A stretch of 64,000 nt of DNA from Octopus sinensis (Eukaryota). The notes under the pieces are model-generated. The model saw nothing but the letters and a program-made list of their open reading frames with translations. It was not told where the DNA came from and made no database searches. Each line of letters opens with the position of its first letter. Position 1 is the first letter of the stretch. Positions 24,851-38,179 of the stretch are shown here, piece by piece. The stretch covers positions 100,812,001-100,876,000 of the forward strand of contig NC_042999.1 of the NCBI RefSeq assembly GCF_006345805.1, read 5' to 3'. Both the position numbers and the translations under genes were made by a program.

Positions 24851-26165
24851 GTACCTACACACACATACACACACACACATACATGCATACGTACATATAT
24901 ACATATGTGAATAAATGTTTGAACACTGTCCTGTTGGAAAAAGAATTGAGGGTACATATGAGTAATATGCTGAAAACAGTTGTTCTTGAATGGCTTAGCA
25001 ACAGTTTACAACCAGTGAGCTTCATATTATAGCTCACCTGTGCACACAACTAGGCTACCATATAACTGAGAAATCTCTTCATGAGTTTGCTCAATGCAAC
25101 AAGATACTATTTTAATATAAATTCCATAAAGGTCAAATCAACAGTTGATGGATTTCCATTTCATTTACGTCACTTAAAAAATTGTTTTACGTTAATTTTT
25201 TCACCCTTACATAGATCAATAACTTTTGTGATAGAGCAATTTTTTTTTACAGCAAGATATCTTTTATGCTGTCAACAATATGAGTGGAATAAGAAAAAGA
25301 GTTAATTGCCTTGAGTATGAACAAAGCAAAATAGCTGAAGTAAATTTTGAACTGCTGCTTAGCTGTTCATATAACCATAACTAGATTTGAGCTTAAGATC
25401 ATGTAGACAGTAAGCAATCCAGAATTTTATTTAGCCTTAGAGTTATTGAATCTCTTAACCTACAGTTGTATAAGATAGATGGAATATGAAGAAAACAATC
25501 ATAATATTCAAATGAAGCAATAATGTTTTAAATTTTAAAACCTGGTTCCTACATAAATGCATTTAAAAGACATGCATTTGTAAATTCACTAGGAGTGTAG
25601 TCAAAGCATCAATTCTCAACCACTTTATAAGAATAAAGTCAGTCTTTTTATGTGTATTATAATTGGTGTAATTTATCATGGTATGTTTCAATTAAATACA
25701 AGACACCTGAAAAACCTGCAATAAAAATAACTGTTACTTGTCTTCATTTCTTAGACAAACCATTACCGGAGGAGAATACATTGATTAGAAGTTAACTTTA
25801 CCTGTGTTTCTTAAGTACACTGCTTACTGTTTTATTTTATCTGACCATAGTTCTACATACACACCCAAGTATATGGTGGATGGATGACAACATTGGTAGA
25901 GTGTAGGACAAGACACCTTATGGTATTTGGTCATGTTACTTTATTTTTCAGAGTTCAAATCCCATCCAAGTCCAGTTTGCCTTTCCTTTAGGTAGTTGAT
26001 AAAATAAGTAGCAATCCGTAAAAGATGTATGCAGTTGATATGATTAACTACACCCTCGAAAGTATTACTCCAGAAAAGTTACACTCCAATGACTGAAGTC
26101 AGTAAAAGAACATAAACTTACTTCATTGTACAAAAAAGGATGAGATGGTGCTCTTTAGGTAGACA

Positions 26166-26369
26166 GACAATTCATCAACAGACAGTTGGCTGACAGACAA
26201 CTTACAGACAGGACAGTTGTATGGTATGGTGCAGAGTTCTGTTGCCAGACTTAGGGTGTTCCAGCAGCCACCCTCTTGACTCAGGGTAGCACAACCTCCT
26301 CCAGGCACTTGATGTAGGCCTACATGTTGAGTTTGAGACCATGTGGGAATTGTCTGTTGGTGAATTGTC
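26166..26369. mobile_element. MITE-like element with 22-bp inverted repeats
   Basis: GACAATTCATCAACAGACAGTT (26166-26187) versus reverse complement of 26348-26369 (20/22); internal gacag/ctgtc subrepeats. Confidence 0.5.
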
Positions 26370-26569
26370 TGTCAACAAATTTTTTGCACACATGCTCAAT
26401 AGATGTATATTATTCAAAGATGTTTATATTATGATACAACAGAAGTCAACTTCAGCATGAAAAAAAATACTGCTACAGATTTTAAAAAAAGTCAAATAAA
26501 TGCACATGAAATTTAAAACAAAAAACTTAAACTACAATTAAATGTAATTAAATAAAAGCATAGGTTTAC

Positions 26570-27741
26570 CTTTTGCCGAAGTTGTGCTTTTTGGAATGAT
26601 TCTAGATCTTTGAAACTGTGAATGACTTTTGCATTTTCATCAGCACTGCAGGACAGATCTTCTTCAGAGCTGTCTAATAGCCTCAAGTAACGATGCTGTT
26701 TTTTGCCTAAAACTGGGCTATAATGTTTGCTTTTACCACGTAACACTTCCTCTCTTAGTCTTCGTGTAGGTGTGTCCATCTTTGGACTTCGACGAACAGG
26801 TGATGAAGGCAGAGAAGCGCTCTGTTTGATTTCTTGGCTTGATAGTCCTCGATTTAGAGTTGATTCTTTTACTGAATCTGATAAAATATTGATTCCTGTA
26901 TCAACTGAACCATGCTTTTTAAGAGTTCTTTTGATTGGGGAATGATGGGGGCTGCATGTACTTTCTGATGCACTATCATCTTCAGTAGTAGTTGAGTCTA
27001 TGCTTGTTCGGTAATAATGAGCAAACGGGGATGGTTTTTCTAAAGTGTCACTGTCTGGGAGGGAGTCCTGATGAGCAAAATACAAACGAGGTTGGTTTTC
27101 TCTGGCAGTAACAGGGACTAATTGGCTACAGTCCTGAATAGTGTTTGCTTCTAATGGCAGCTCAGAGTTATCACCACCCTCATCATCAATGTACCTAAGA
27201 CTCTGACGTGCTGGATCAGCCCAGCGTGGCATATCATCAGACATGTCAGTTCGTAAAATTTCTTCTAATTCAGTTTTTGGTTGTTTAGAACCTTCACTGA
27301 GTACAAGGCTCTGTTGCCCTGTATCCAGTGTAATTTTAGGTGGGTTTGCATTAGTAGGAACTTTTGGTCTTGCTCCTAAACATTGATAACCATCTTTTGA
27401 TATTACTCCATCACTGCTGTTAGAGTTCACTATACAGTTATTTGCTGTCTCAAAGTGTATATCACGTGGATTCATGCTCACCTGAGAGATTTTAGCAGGT
27501 TGGAGTTGGTTGGTTTTATTGGCAGGAAAACCTGTGAAATTTGGTCCTTCAGAAGATTTTGCTGCTAAGCTTTCCCGGTCAATAATAATTGGAGATTCAA
27601 TATGATTACCTATAGAATTTGTTCCAAATGGTTCCATTGGATAGTGTGCAGCTATCCTTGAGTTAGGATCAATAGAAGATTCTGGAATGATGCTAACATC
27701 TGGTACTGTGGCTCCACCAACAACACTGACAATTTCAAGCC
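26570..27741 (-). CDS. TULP4: Tubby-related protein 4, large internal coding exon (Ser/Pro-rich linker)
   Basis: Open frame of 1172 nt; acceptor ttgttttag|GG at 27741 and donor CAAAAG|gtaaac at 26570; phase 1 start matches the phase 1 end of exon 34207-34444; ends FKDLESFQKAQLRQK. Assignment rests on splice linkage to the diagnostic exon. Confidence 0.8.
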
Positions 27742-28189
27742 CTAAAACAATAAAAAAACAAATGTTAAAATTACTTAAAAAATAACTCTTAACTTAAGAA
27801 AGCAGAAAATTATTTTTGATTCAATTATATTGTATTCTGAGAATTTTTATACATTTAGTTTTTAGCACACTATAGGCATAGTAACATTACAAAGACACAT
27901 TACAGATATATTGGACTGCTAAGACATGTTGTAAATGGATCTTCATATGTAAATTGAGTATTTCACAGACACGTGTCTTTAATTCTAAGGAAGAATTAAT
28001 TTAACAGATTATGAAAAAGCTACTACTTTGAAGTACAGATACACTTCATCCAATGAGCTTTCAAACAGTTCCTTTTTACCCAATATCACTTGGTCTATCT
28101 AAGGCTATCGTAAAAGACACTAGTTCAAGATGTCACACAGTGAAATCAAATCCAGGATAACATAATTATGAAGCAAATTTCTTAACCAT

Positions 28190-28700
28190 TTCTTTATGCC
28201 ACTGGGACACACTTCTAAAATGCTTACTGAGATACACTGCAGGCTGCTTCCATTGCTAAGGCACACTAAATGTGTTTACACTGTCAAGACATACTATAGA
28301 CATGATTACACTGATCCCACTGCCACCACAAAAAAACAAAAACAAAAAAACCCCACTTCAGACATCTTTACATTGTTTAGATACACTAGACATCAACAGT
28401 ACCAAGGCAGATTACACACACGTTTACAATACTAAGACATGCTGCACAAAGGTTTACACTGCTAAAGCATAACACTTTCATAATGCTATGATAGATTAGA
28501 CATATTTATACTACTAGAACACACTACGACCATGATTACACAGCTAAAATACTGCAGGCATATTTATAGTGAGTGTTTGTTTACATTACCAAGGCACACT
28601 GCAGATATGTCCACACAGCTAAGACATAATTAAAACACTATGAATCCTATAACAGTATTAAAACACAGAAAACAAATATTACACCACTAAGATAGATCAT
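28190..28700. repeat. Degenerate ~30-bp minisatellite
   Basis: Recurrent tttacac(t/a)gctaagacacactgcagacatg-like units. Confidence 0.65.
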
Positions 28701-29829
28701 GTTCAAACTCATTCAGATTAGATCTGTATTTTTTCAAATCTTTTAGTTCATTATCCACTATTTAATAAACAGTTATGTATGCTGTAAGATATGTTGAGTG
28801 TCTTACTTTTTTAATAGTTTAAGATATCCGTGAAAAAGAGCAGAAATACATTTAGCCTGTAAAATTATATTCGGTAAGGCAACACTTTAAGATAGAACTC
28901 TGGAATTTATTTGGAAAGTATCATACAGATAACAGTAAGATTTGTTGATCAATGTTTTCTAATAAAAATGGCCCTTTCAGATAAGTGTTCATTAATTGAT
29001 GCTAACTCAAATCGATAAGTTACTCAGTATTTATAAATGTTTATCTCAATCTAACACCATTCACTGTCTCATAGCACTGGCAGAAAATGGATTAGGTTAT
29101 TCTCAGAAATCAAAATATTTTATTCAGCTTTCTGTTAATACACTCTGAGTGTTATTTTGAGTTGTGTGTTGGGGAATATGAGATAAAACTGCTTAAAATT
29201 TGTGTTTCTGATCATTTGACCGTTGCTTTATTTTTTGTTTACCAACAATATATTGCTATAGATAAGAACTAAGCTTCAGATTCATGTAATATTAATGAAT
29301 TTAAATGATTTCAATAAAAATGAAGTGTTGACTTCAAAGCAGTATGGAAAATTCACATTGTGATACACAAGATTAATGATATGTTTCTGCTTTGCTTATG
29401 ATTAAAATGTCATGGGTTCAATTTCAAGCAGCACTTTGTGTCTTTGAGTAAGGCACATCATTTTATGTTACTCCACTGTACTCAGCTGAAAATGAGTACC
29501 AGTTGACTGTTAGTGCAGCTCTCTCTCCTCCAGCTGTCACATTTTTGATTTTCCACTGGGAGAGCTAAGAAATAGTCCATGCTTACTCATAGCTACATAG
29601 GCACCTAAAACAATTCATGAAAGCATGGTACATGCTTTAAGGTTACACTTGCATGAAAGTGACAGCTGTACTTTTCAATCATCATCATTTTAACGATAAT
29701 TTCAGGTGTAAAATTTTAAAAAATTGAATATATAATAATCTTCAAAAACTTCTTTTAAAAATATTTATTTTTAACAAACTGTTTCAATGTTAAATAGAAC
29801 AACTTATAGTATTTTATAACTGTTTTCGC

Positions 29830-30720
29830 AGAGGAGTTCAAGACTAGCTGTCCATGGGGACTTCTGTATACAGATGAACTAATTCTTATAGATGAATCTG
29901 TGGAAGATTTAGAGAAGTAATTCCAGATATGGAAACAAAATCTAGAATTGAGGAACCTCAGAATAAACTTAACATAGACCAAAGTATTAGCAGGTTGGAA
30001 AAAATTTAGAATCTTTCTTTCATCAAGGCAAGGCTATGCTTAGTATGCAGAAAAGATGTAGCCATTCTATTTGATGTATCCAGTGTTAAGTATGGAAGCA
30101 CAAGGAATGTAGTGATAACAGGTTGGTGGAAAAGGTAGTCTTTGTATGTGATAGATGCAAAGAATCAGGTGGCCGAAGATTATACATGAAATGCTCGGAA
30201 GATTCCCCAGAAGTAGCTGATTGCTTTTATTACTTAGGTGGCCAAATTAGAAGTGAATATGGGTTTTCTGAAAGCATAGAAGCTTGAGTAAGAACAGAAT
30301 GGAAAAAGTTAAGGAAATATTACTTTTGCAAGTAAAAAAAGGTTTCTCTCTCAGAGTGAAAGACAGATTGTATGATGCTTGTATACAAAGTAGTTACAGA
30401 GAAGAGAGTACCTTGAATATGGAAGATTTGCAAAATTATGAAGTAAGCATGCTCTACTGAATGTGTATATCAGTTTTTTTAAAAGGTGGAGCACAAATGA
30501 AGTGAGAGAAAAGCATGATTTCTCTGAAATCATATGCAGTGTGAAAAGAGAAGACAGTGCTGGTATGCTCAAGAAGTGTAAAGAAGTGCTGTAATCTTGC
30601 AGCTGTGGGAGAGGGAGATCCAGGAATACATGGGACAAAGTGGCAAAGGCAGATCTCAAGATGATAAATCTCACCAAAGATAAAGAACTGTAATAGGAAA
30701 TCTGCACACTTGCTATTATG
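29830..30720 (+). mobile_element. RTE-clade LINE RT fragment
   Basis: EEFKTSCPWGLLYTDELILIDESVEDLEK*FQIWKQNLELRNLRINL (LLYADD region); later FYYLGGQI and RLYDAC remnants. Confidence 0.8.
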
Positions 30721-30769
30721 ACAAAATAGATATTGTGGTTTAGATGCAAAATATCAACATCTGGGTTTT

Positions 30770-31530
30770 TCATCTATTATATTCCTGTTGACATTTCATC
30801 TACTACACTCCACCTTGATTACTCTCTCATCTTCCACTCACCCACTTTCTTCTTCACTCTTCTATTTTACTTAAGTAATTAGAGGCAGCATTGGATTTAT
30901 ACCAGACTCTATAACCACTCTTTATCACTCTATCATTGTTCTATCATCACAGCATCTGTAATAAAGGATGGTATCAGATCTGTTCATATGCAGAACCCCC
31001 AGCCATCAGTGTTCTTCACTGCTAGTGAACATCCTCTTTTCTACATGCCAAGGTTCACTGTCACTCACACCTCTCTCGTACAATTACCTGTCTTTCTTGC
31101 TTTCTGTCATACCATTTTCTCTTATTATCAGCCATTTATATTTTCATCCTCTAATTCTTCACTCCTTTATATATTTCTTCCTCCTATTACTGTTTATTGA
31201 CACATATCACTTTCATTTCTCCCCTTCTTCACCACATTTTCTTACCTATCACTCCTTCTTCTCTCATAATGTTGTTCATAATGATTTTTCTTCATAGTGC
31301 TTTTTTATTCAATCTCTTTACCAAAAATCAACAAGTAGCTGCCTATCATACTCTCCCTTCCATTACTCCCTCTCCTACTATTCTGTCATTCTTATTCCTG
31401 TGTTTCTCTAAATTGCTCACACCCACACTCTCTTCTTTTATTCTTTTGCCAAGGTTCTTAATCATCACTCTGCTATCCACCCTCTTGGACCTACTCAACT
31501 TGAATGAACAGTGAAGAGAAAATGTAAACA
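30770..31530. repeat. CT-rich low-complexity repeat (similar tracts at 20700-21130 and, reversed, 32800-33180 and 45570-46080)
   Basis: Strong pyrimidine strand skew with no credible ORF. Confidence 0.45.
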
Positions 31531-33588
31531 ACATTCTAGTCTTACAAAAACAAGACAACTTTTTTTAATGCAGGAGCATAAAACATACCCAGCACTCTAA
31601 AGTGGATGGTAAATGAACAGAGACAACATAATTTAGTCTTGCTAAAGGCATTATAACATCTTCAGAGTTAGTGTCATGGTAAAATGCACCTAGTACACTC
31701 TGTGAAGTGGTGATGATGATTTTTTAGTTGAATATGGTTATATAATAAATGTCCAACTTTTATCTTGTGGGGGATTTTTATTTTGTTTGTTACTAGAAGC
31801 CATTTAATAAAATGTCTGGATATGCAAATAAATACAGATTTCAAGAAGCACTATCAGGCAAAGAGTTGAAAGTTATATGTATTATTCAGATAATAATGTT
31901 CCTGCATGCTTGATCTCTACAAGCAACAAGCATTTTTTTTTCTTAGTCATCTTATTTTATGATACTTTGAAGCAACATTCTTTGAGTACAAAAAGCTAAA
32001 GAAAATATCTTCTGAACTAAAACTAGCTTCTCTTTTTGGTAAACAGTATGAAAACCTTACCAATTCAAAGACATTATTTTCTTCATAACAATACTGACAT
32101 TTTCAAACCAGTTTATAAGGCAGCAGATTACATAAGAGAATTATTGTTTGTTTCACTGCTGATGATGATCAAAGAAGAATTCAAAAGATTCTATCATATA
32201 AATGACTAAGCTTTTGTAACAAATATTTTTTACCTAAAGTTTACAGAACCAAAGCAATATGAAGCTTTTGAGTCTAATCTTGAATTCAAAGAACAAAATA
32301 TCAAAATCAATAATCAATTTTGAGAAAGGATAAAGATTTTATGACTGAATAAATTTGAAACAATTTCATGATATCAAAGTTGAATATTCTTTAAAGGATT
32401 ATAAACTTTGTTAGATGAATATTATCATTGTTTTTGAAAGCTATTATATTTGATAATTTTTCTTGATTACTTGTAATATTTTCTTGTTTTTTCCATTTGC
32501 TTCATTTCTCCATACAAAAATTAATACATTTAATTTACATACAGTTCTACTAAATAAATTCAAATTTAATTTAATTCTCAAATTGTTATTCATTTATAGA
32601 TTCCTTTCTGGTTAACTGTATTTTTAACAAGTAATCTAATATCTTTGAAGAGATATATCCTTGAACAGTAAAAGAATTGATACTGTTATTCTATTGAGAT
32701 GATGAAAATGTATATTTAAGCAATGATATTGGAAGAGAAGTAATCCAGGATTATATTACTGGAAGAGATTTTAAATGTTATCATTTGCAATATTATAAAA
32801 TCAGTTTTGCCTCTCTGTTTGAGGATGTGTATGAAAAAAGAAAGAAAAAAAAAAAAGAAAAGATAATAGCTTGCAAAAGAGACCGAAGGAGAGATGAAGC
32901 AGTGAGAAAGTTGAAGATTGTGCAAGAAGCATGTTTATAACTAAAGTGAGAGAGGGAAAAATGAAGCACAAACAAGAGAAGTAGTTAGTGAATGGAAAGG
33001 TGGGTAAGAAGCAAACCACACAAAAGAATGAGAGTGATGGCTAATGAGAAATAGAAAGTTATAGTAGCTGATACTGAGTGTAACATCTAACGAGAAGAAG
33101 GGTGAGAGGGGGTAGTTTGAAAAAGGTAGAGCCATGGTTAATGTGAAAAAGGAAGCAATGAAAGTTGTCATTAATAAAGATTTATTAATATATTTATGTA
33201 GAATTTGTTTAGTTGTTGTCATTAATTTTTTACAAATAGATTAGCTGTCTGTTCAAACTGAATCAGCAACAGTAAACCAGATATAGACATAATATTAGTT
33301 TTATTTGTTTTGTTCTTCTGTTTATATGGGATGCCATGGTTGTAATTTTATGACATGTATAATATTATGTGTACATTACAGTCAAATATGACCTCATAAC
33401 TCTAGTGCTATGAAGGTAGCAGTGTTAGCATTAAGCTTATTATTCTGATTGAAAAATACCATGTTAGCAATAGCTAAATTCAGACTTGTATTCAACTCAT
33501 GCTAGAAGAATTGTTCACAACAATAGCTACATCTGTTTTGTGATTTTACTTGTGTGCGTGCGCATGTATGTGTGAGTGTGCACATGCG

Positions 33589-33635
<47 letters not shown>

Positions 33636-34206
33636 GTGTGTATGTATGTGTTTGCACATACATATATATGCTTGATAGTTTGAAACAATACAGCTAGAAG
33701 CACATCCCAGTAATCTTATACTACAGATAAGTTGTCAATGCAACAATTGGTTGAATAGCAGGAAAGATGATGCAACAAATGTCAACAAAAATGGCTGGAG
33801 CCTACATTTAGCTGTGAAGACAACAGTACAAAATAATAGGTGATATTCAACAGACTAATGGCCACAAAATTTGAGTTTGTCCAATGAAGTGGAGACAGGT
33901 TACCAGGAAATGCAGAACCATAATTATTTATATAATCAATCATAGAAAAATTTGCTTCAGCAGAAAAAAAAACAAAACAAATTGATGTTGCATATGTTAC
34001 TAGGTAATTAGTGACATGATATTACCATAACATTTCAGTCAATAATGAAGTAAACTGGCTTCTACAGGTCTTGGTTTAAATTTCCAAGCAGAATAAATAT
34101 ATAAATAAAATTTGCCATGTTTAACAAATTAGTACATAATGTTAAAGTCATTAAACTTTTCCCTAGGGTCATGAAAAAAAGGTGAAAAATTAAAACTATA
34201 ACTCAC

Positions 34207-34444
34207 AGGGTCCATCTTCATCTTCCTCACCACACCCAGCAGGAGTGAAGTTAGGGTCGCGTGATAAAGCTTGTGTATCTCCAAGAAGCTCTGTCACCGT
34301 GACAGTCATTTGTCTTGGTTGAAGATGTAGTAAACTGGTTTTATAGAGCACTTGACCCAAGTCTTCAGGCAATGAGTGGGCCACACCCAAAATTCCAAAT
34401 TTTGTACCCCAGATATTTGATGAAACCTGTACAAGGCGGTTATT
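34207..34444 (-). CDS. TULP4: Tubby-related protein 4, conserved internal coding exon
   Basis: [47 protein letters not shown]...EEDED matches the TULP4 segment [16 protein letters not shown]...[14 protein letters not shown] as recalled from the vertebrate protein; acceptor tttttccag|AAT and donor CCCT|gtgagt. Confidence 0.92.
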
Positions 34445-35264
34445 CTGGAAAAACAACAAAAGAATCAAAACTTGTCATGAATGGAGATAATTAATGCAGT
34501 CATATAAGTATCATTTTTAACTGATTAGTTGCAAATTAATAGAAATTAATTGAATATAGAAGATACGCATATATCAGAAAACATTTTAAAACAGCCTAGG
34601 AAAACAAGCTGGGCTAAGTTCCATTTCACTGAAACCAAAATTTAGTAAAATTCAAATATTCTTTCGTTTTTTTTTAATTAAACCATAAAAAATTAATACT
34701 GAAAACAAATGTAAGTGTTGCTGTTGTTCAGTTGTCAACTCCCATGGAGCAGATAAATGTTCAAAGGCATTCAAGCCATGACTATGTTTTTGTTTTTTCC
34801 TTTTTAAGAGACGGTGTATTTATGAAGGCATTAGCCAGTGTGTTTATTCTTTTTGTAAGACTGGAAGATGCAATTTGAAGTAGATATGCTTGCTATTTGT
34901 AGCAATTTGAGAGACTGCACAGAGGCTCTTCCATGAGCCTGTGTCAGAGGATTAATATATGTTTGCAAGGAGCATGTGTGTGTGAAATAGAAATAATGGG
35001 TTACTTTACACATTTGTTTATTTCTGCTTTTTTTATGTATCACTCTGTAAAAACATACTATCTTAACTGGGTAATGCAACCACAGATTTACAAATTTGAC
35101 TGGTGATGGACTTTGACTTTGGCTTTCAACCTCAGATTACCTGGAGTACAATACAGATCACAAGACTTTTTTTGTTAACCTGGTGTATTTTATCTGCAGA
35201 GAGATTAAGAAGCCTGGATTACTATTCCTTGTTAATCCCTCTTTGTTTTGATATGTGTGTGCAT

Positions 35265-35279
35265 CTATCTATCTATCTA

Positions 35280-35358
<79 letters not shown>

Positions 35359-35390
35359 GCTTGTCTGTCTGCTTGTCTGTCTATCTCTCA
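35265..35390. repeat. (CTAT)n/(CTGT)n microsatellite
   Basis: Directly visible. Confidence 0.95.
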
Positions 35391-35468
35391 CTCTAGATAT
35401 ATATATATATAGAGATGCATACTTTATTATTAAAGCTGAAAAAACATCACAAAAATATCACAAAAAAA

Positions 35469-35506
35469 CTGCTACTCAGAGTTTCATATTCCTGTTTGTC
35501 AGGCAG
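35469..35506 (-). ncRNA. Degenerate hammerhead-like motif
   Basis: Minus strand: CTGC-CTGACAA-aca-ggaa-tat-GAA-ACTCTGAGT-A-GCAG; perfect stem I, near-palindromic stem III, G8-to-A change. Confidence 0.5.
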
Positions 35507-35559
35507 ATGTGATCCAGACTCTGAATCATATCTGCCTAACGAATGGGAGGTTTATCTTT

Positions 35560-36970
35560 GGCTAGGTATGAAAATAACAAGTAGAATGAAATAAAAAATG
35601 GAAATATGGTGTTTGAAAAAAATAATAAAATGGCAAAAAACTAAGAAAGTTAGAAAGAGTGGGGGAAAAAGTAATAAAACGAATGTTGAGGACCTAATTG
35701 AAGTATTAATTCTAATAGACCAAAATGTATTTCTTAAAGAAATGCATAAATTATCCAGCCATGAAAGATCAAAAAATAGAGATAAATAACCAAAGTATGA
35801 TGAGTGAAAATAGAAGTGTTCCCTATAAAAGAGGTACCTTGGGAATGATGAAAGATTTACATAGCTCAAACCCAAGACCTATGTGTCCTCAATGAGGCAA
35901 TGAAAATATGCAATACAAATATTAGAGGAACTAGGAAGCTGTACACAAGGCACAATGCAGACCATCCTGAAGGTTATACCAACGGACTCTACCTAACAAG
36001 AATGGATGGAGGCAGAAGATTGCAAAATATAGAAGACACTGTTAGTACTGTGATACTGGGGTTGAAAAATTATGTTGTGTGTAGTGAAGAAAGAATACTA
36101 TCAGTGGTTAGAACTGTCCAAAATGTTACTGAAACAAACAAAAATTCAAGAATAGAAGGATGAATAGAGTAAGCAGATGGAAAGAAATTGAAATACATGG
36201 CCAATTCATACAACAAACTGGGGGTGCTGGAAGTAAACAATACTAGCCATGGCTGATGGATGAAAACCTGAAACAAGAAACTGAAACACTAATTATAGTA
36301 ACTCAGGAACAAGTCGTTATGATGAATCTCATAAACACAAAGATCAACAAAATTCAGAGAGCAAATGTAGAATCTGAAGGAAAAGGGATTAAAAAACTAA
36401 TCATCTCTTGAGTGAGTGCAATAAGTTAGCACAAAAAGAATATAAGCACATACATGACAGCATTGAGATATCAGCAAAGTGTGTGGCTTCAGAATAATGG
36501 AAAAGTGATATGAACATAAACCAGAGGCTGTAATAGAAAATAAGGATTACAGGATTTTTATGGGACTTCTCCATAAAAATTGAACTTACTATTAAAGACT
36601 AGATATGATTATAGAGAACAAAAGAAACAAACAGTGTAAGATCACAGACTTTGCAATACAATATGATGAGAGTGGATACCAAAGAAACTGAAAAAAAATT
36701 GAGACCTATCCAGTGAGATAAAGAGATTGTGGAAAGCTAAAGCAACAGTTATTTCTGCTGTAATTAGTGCTTTTGCCACAACAACCAAACTAATATCTAG
36801 GAGTCTGAAAGATATTAGAACTGAAACTTGCATTCTCGACCTTCAGAGAAGTACAATGATATACCCTGCAAGAATCTTAAGAAAGATTCTTATATTTGAA
36901 GAGACTTGCTATCACCAAGTCTAAAGACAATGTCTCTACTAAACAAATTAGCTTGTGACAGCTTTGGAAT
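35560..36970 (+). mobile_element. R4/Dong/Rex6-like LINE, 3' portion with restriction-like endonuclease
   Basis: HNADHPEGYTNGLYLTRMDGGRRL; zinc-knuckle/HD remnant; KITDFAI; MWKAKATVISAVISAF...LQRSTMIYPARILRKIL; ends in AATAATAAT. Confidence 0.82.
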
Positions 36971-36971
36971 A

Positions 36972-37395
36972 ATAATCCTTTCTGATTTAGGTACAAAGCC
37001 TGAAACTTTAGAGGAGGAGGCTAGTTGATTATATCGACCCCAGTGCCTGATTGGTATTTATTTTACTAATCCAAATACAACTTTGGTGGAATTTGAACTT
37101 AGAAAGAAAAGATAGACATAATGCTACTAAGCATTCAGTCCAGTTTGCTAATGATTCTGCCAGCTCACTGAATGATGATGATGATGATGATGACTAACTT
37201 TGACACATGGTCACAAATTTTTAGTGGAAGGAATGTTGTTGATTATATTAATCCCAGTACTTGTGTACTATCTTACAAACTCTTGAATGATGAAAGGCAA
37301 AGTCAACCCCAGCAGTATTTGAACTTACAATATAAGGAAAATGTAGCTAACAATGCAAAGCATTTTCTCTGGCACATTACTAATTCTGCCACACT
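36972..37395 (-). mobile_element. Two head-to-tail family B SINEs
   Basis: Copies at about 36972-37172 and 37195-37395, separated by (ATG)n. Confidence 0.75.
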
Positions 37396-37660
37396 GAAAG
37401 AAGAACATAACCATAGTGCTGTAATCCTGTTAGCTTCTCATTCAGTTGAAGCATATAGTATGTGAGGTTTTAGTAATCTGACAGAATGACCTCATCTGTG
37501 ATATAATTCTATGCAAAGAATACAAAGAAACTCAAATAGAGATTCCATCTAAATTTCATCCAATTTGGTGCTTGCAGTCATGGAAACAAGTTCAATTCTT
37601 TTCATTGTATTATTTAAAAAGTTATAAGATTTCACTGACAACAAACATAAAATAAGGATA

Positions 37661-37709
<49 letters not shown>

Positions 37710-37794
37710 AATAAAAAAATGGAGAAAAACAAACAATGTGAGGATGTGGTACATGCAAAGCATTAAGAAAACACTTAGGAAAGGAAAGAAAGGG

Positions 37795-37831
37795 TGTTTT
37801 ACATTTTGAGCAAAGCTCTTCTTCAGAAACA
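37795..37831 (-). ncRNA. Hammerhead-like motif with G12A change (same family as 50456-50490)
   Basis: Minus strand: TGTTT-CTGAAGA-a-GAGC-ttt-GCTC-AAA-ATGT-A-AAACA. Confidence 0.55.
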
Positions 37832-38107
37832 AGAGACAGAGGAAAGTCCAAGAGAAAAAGAAGACAGAGGAAAGAAATCACCAACAATCCACATGTAGAC
37901 ACACACATATATATATACACATACAAACACACACACATATATATATGCACACACACACAATACATGCAGACACACACAACAGATGCAGACACACATACAC
38001 ACATACACACGCACATATATTCTCACGCATACATATATATACTTTATTATAAAATCTCTACAAATTTCTTCTATAATTTGAATTGCTGTATGCTTATTAG
38101 ATGAGAG

Positions 38108-38111
<4 letters not shown>

Positions 38112-38175
<64 letters not shown>
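38112..38175. repeat. (GA)n microsatellite
   Basis: Directly visible. Confidence 0.95.

Positions 38176-38179
<4 letters not shown>

Noticed and set aside
26513-26569. In-frame read-through past the exon donor (VNLCFYLITFNCSLSFLF*) as a truncated TULP4 isoform
   Set aside because: A good GT donor is present at 26569, the added peptide is AT-rich intron-like sequence, and no nearby poly(A) signal stands out.
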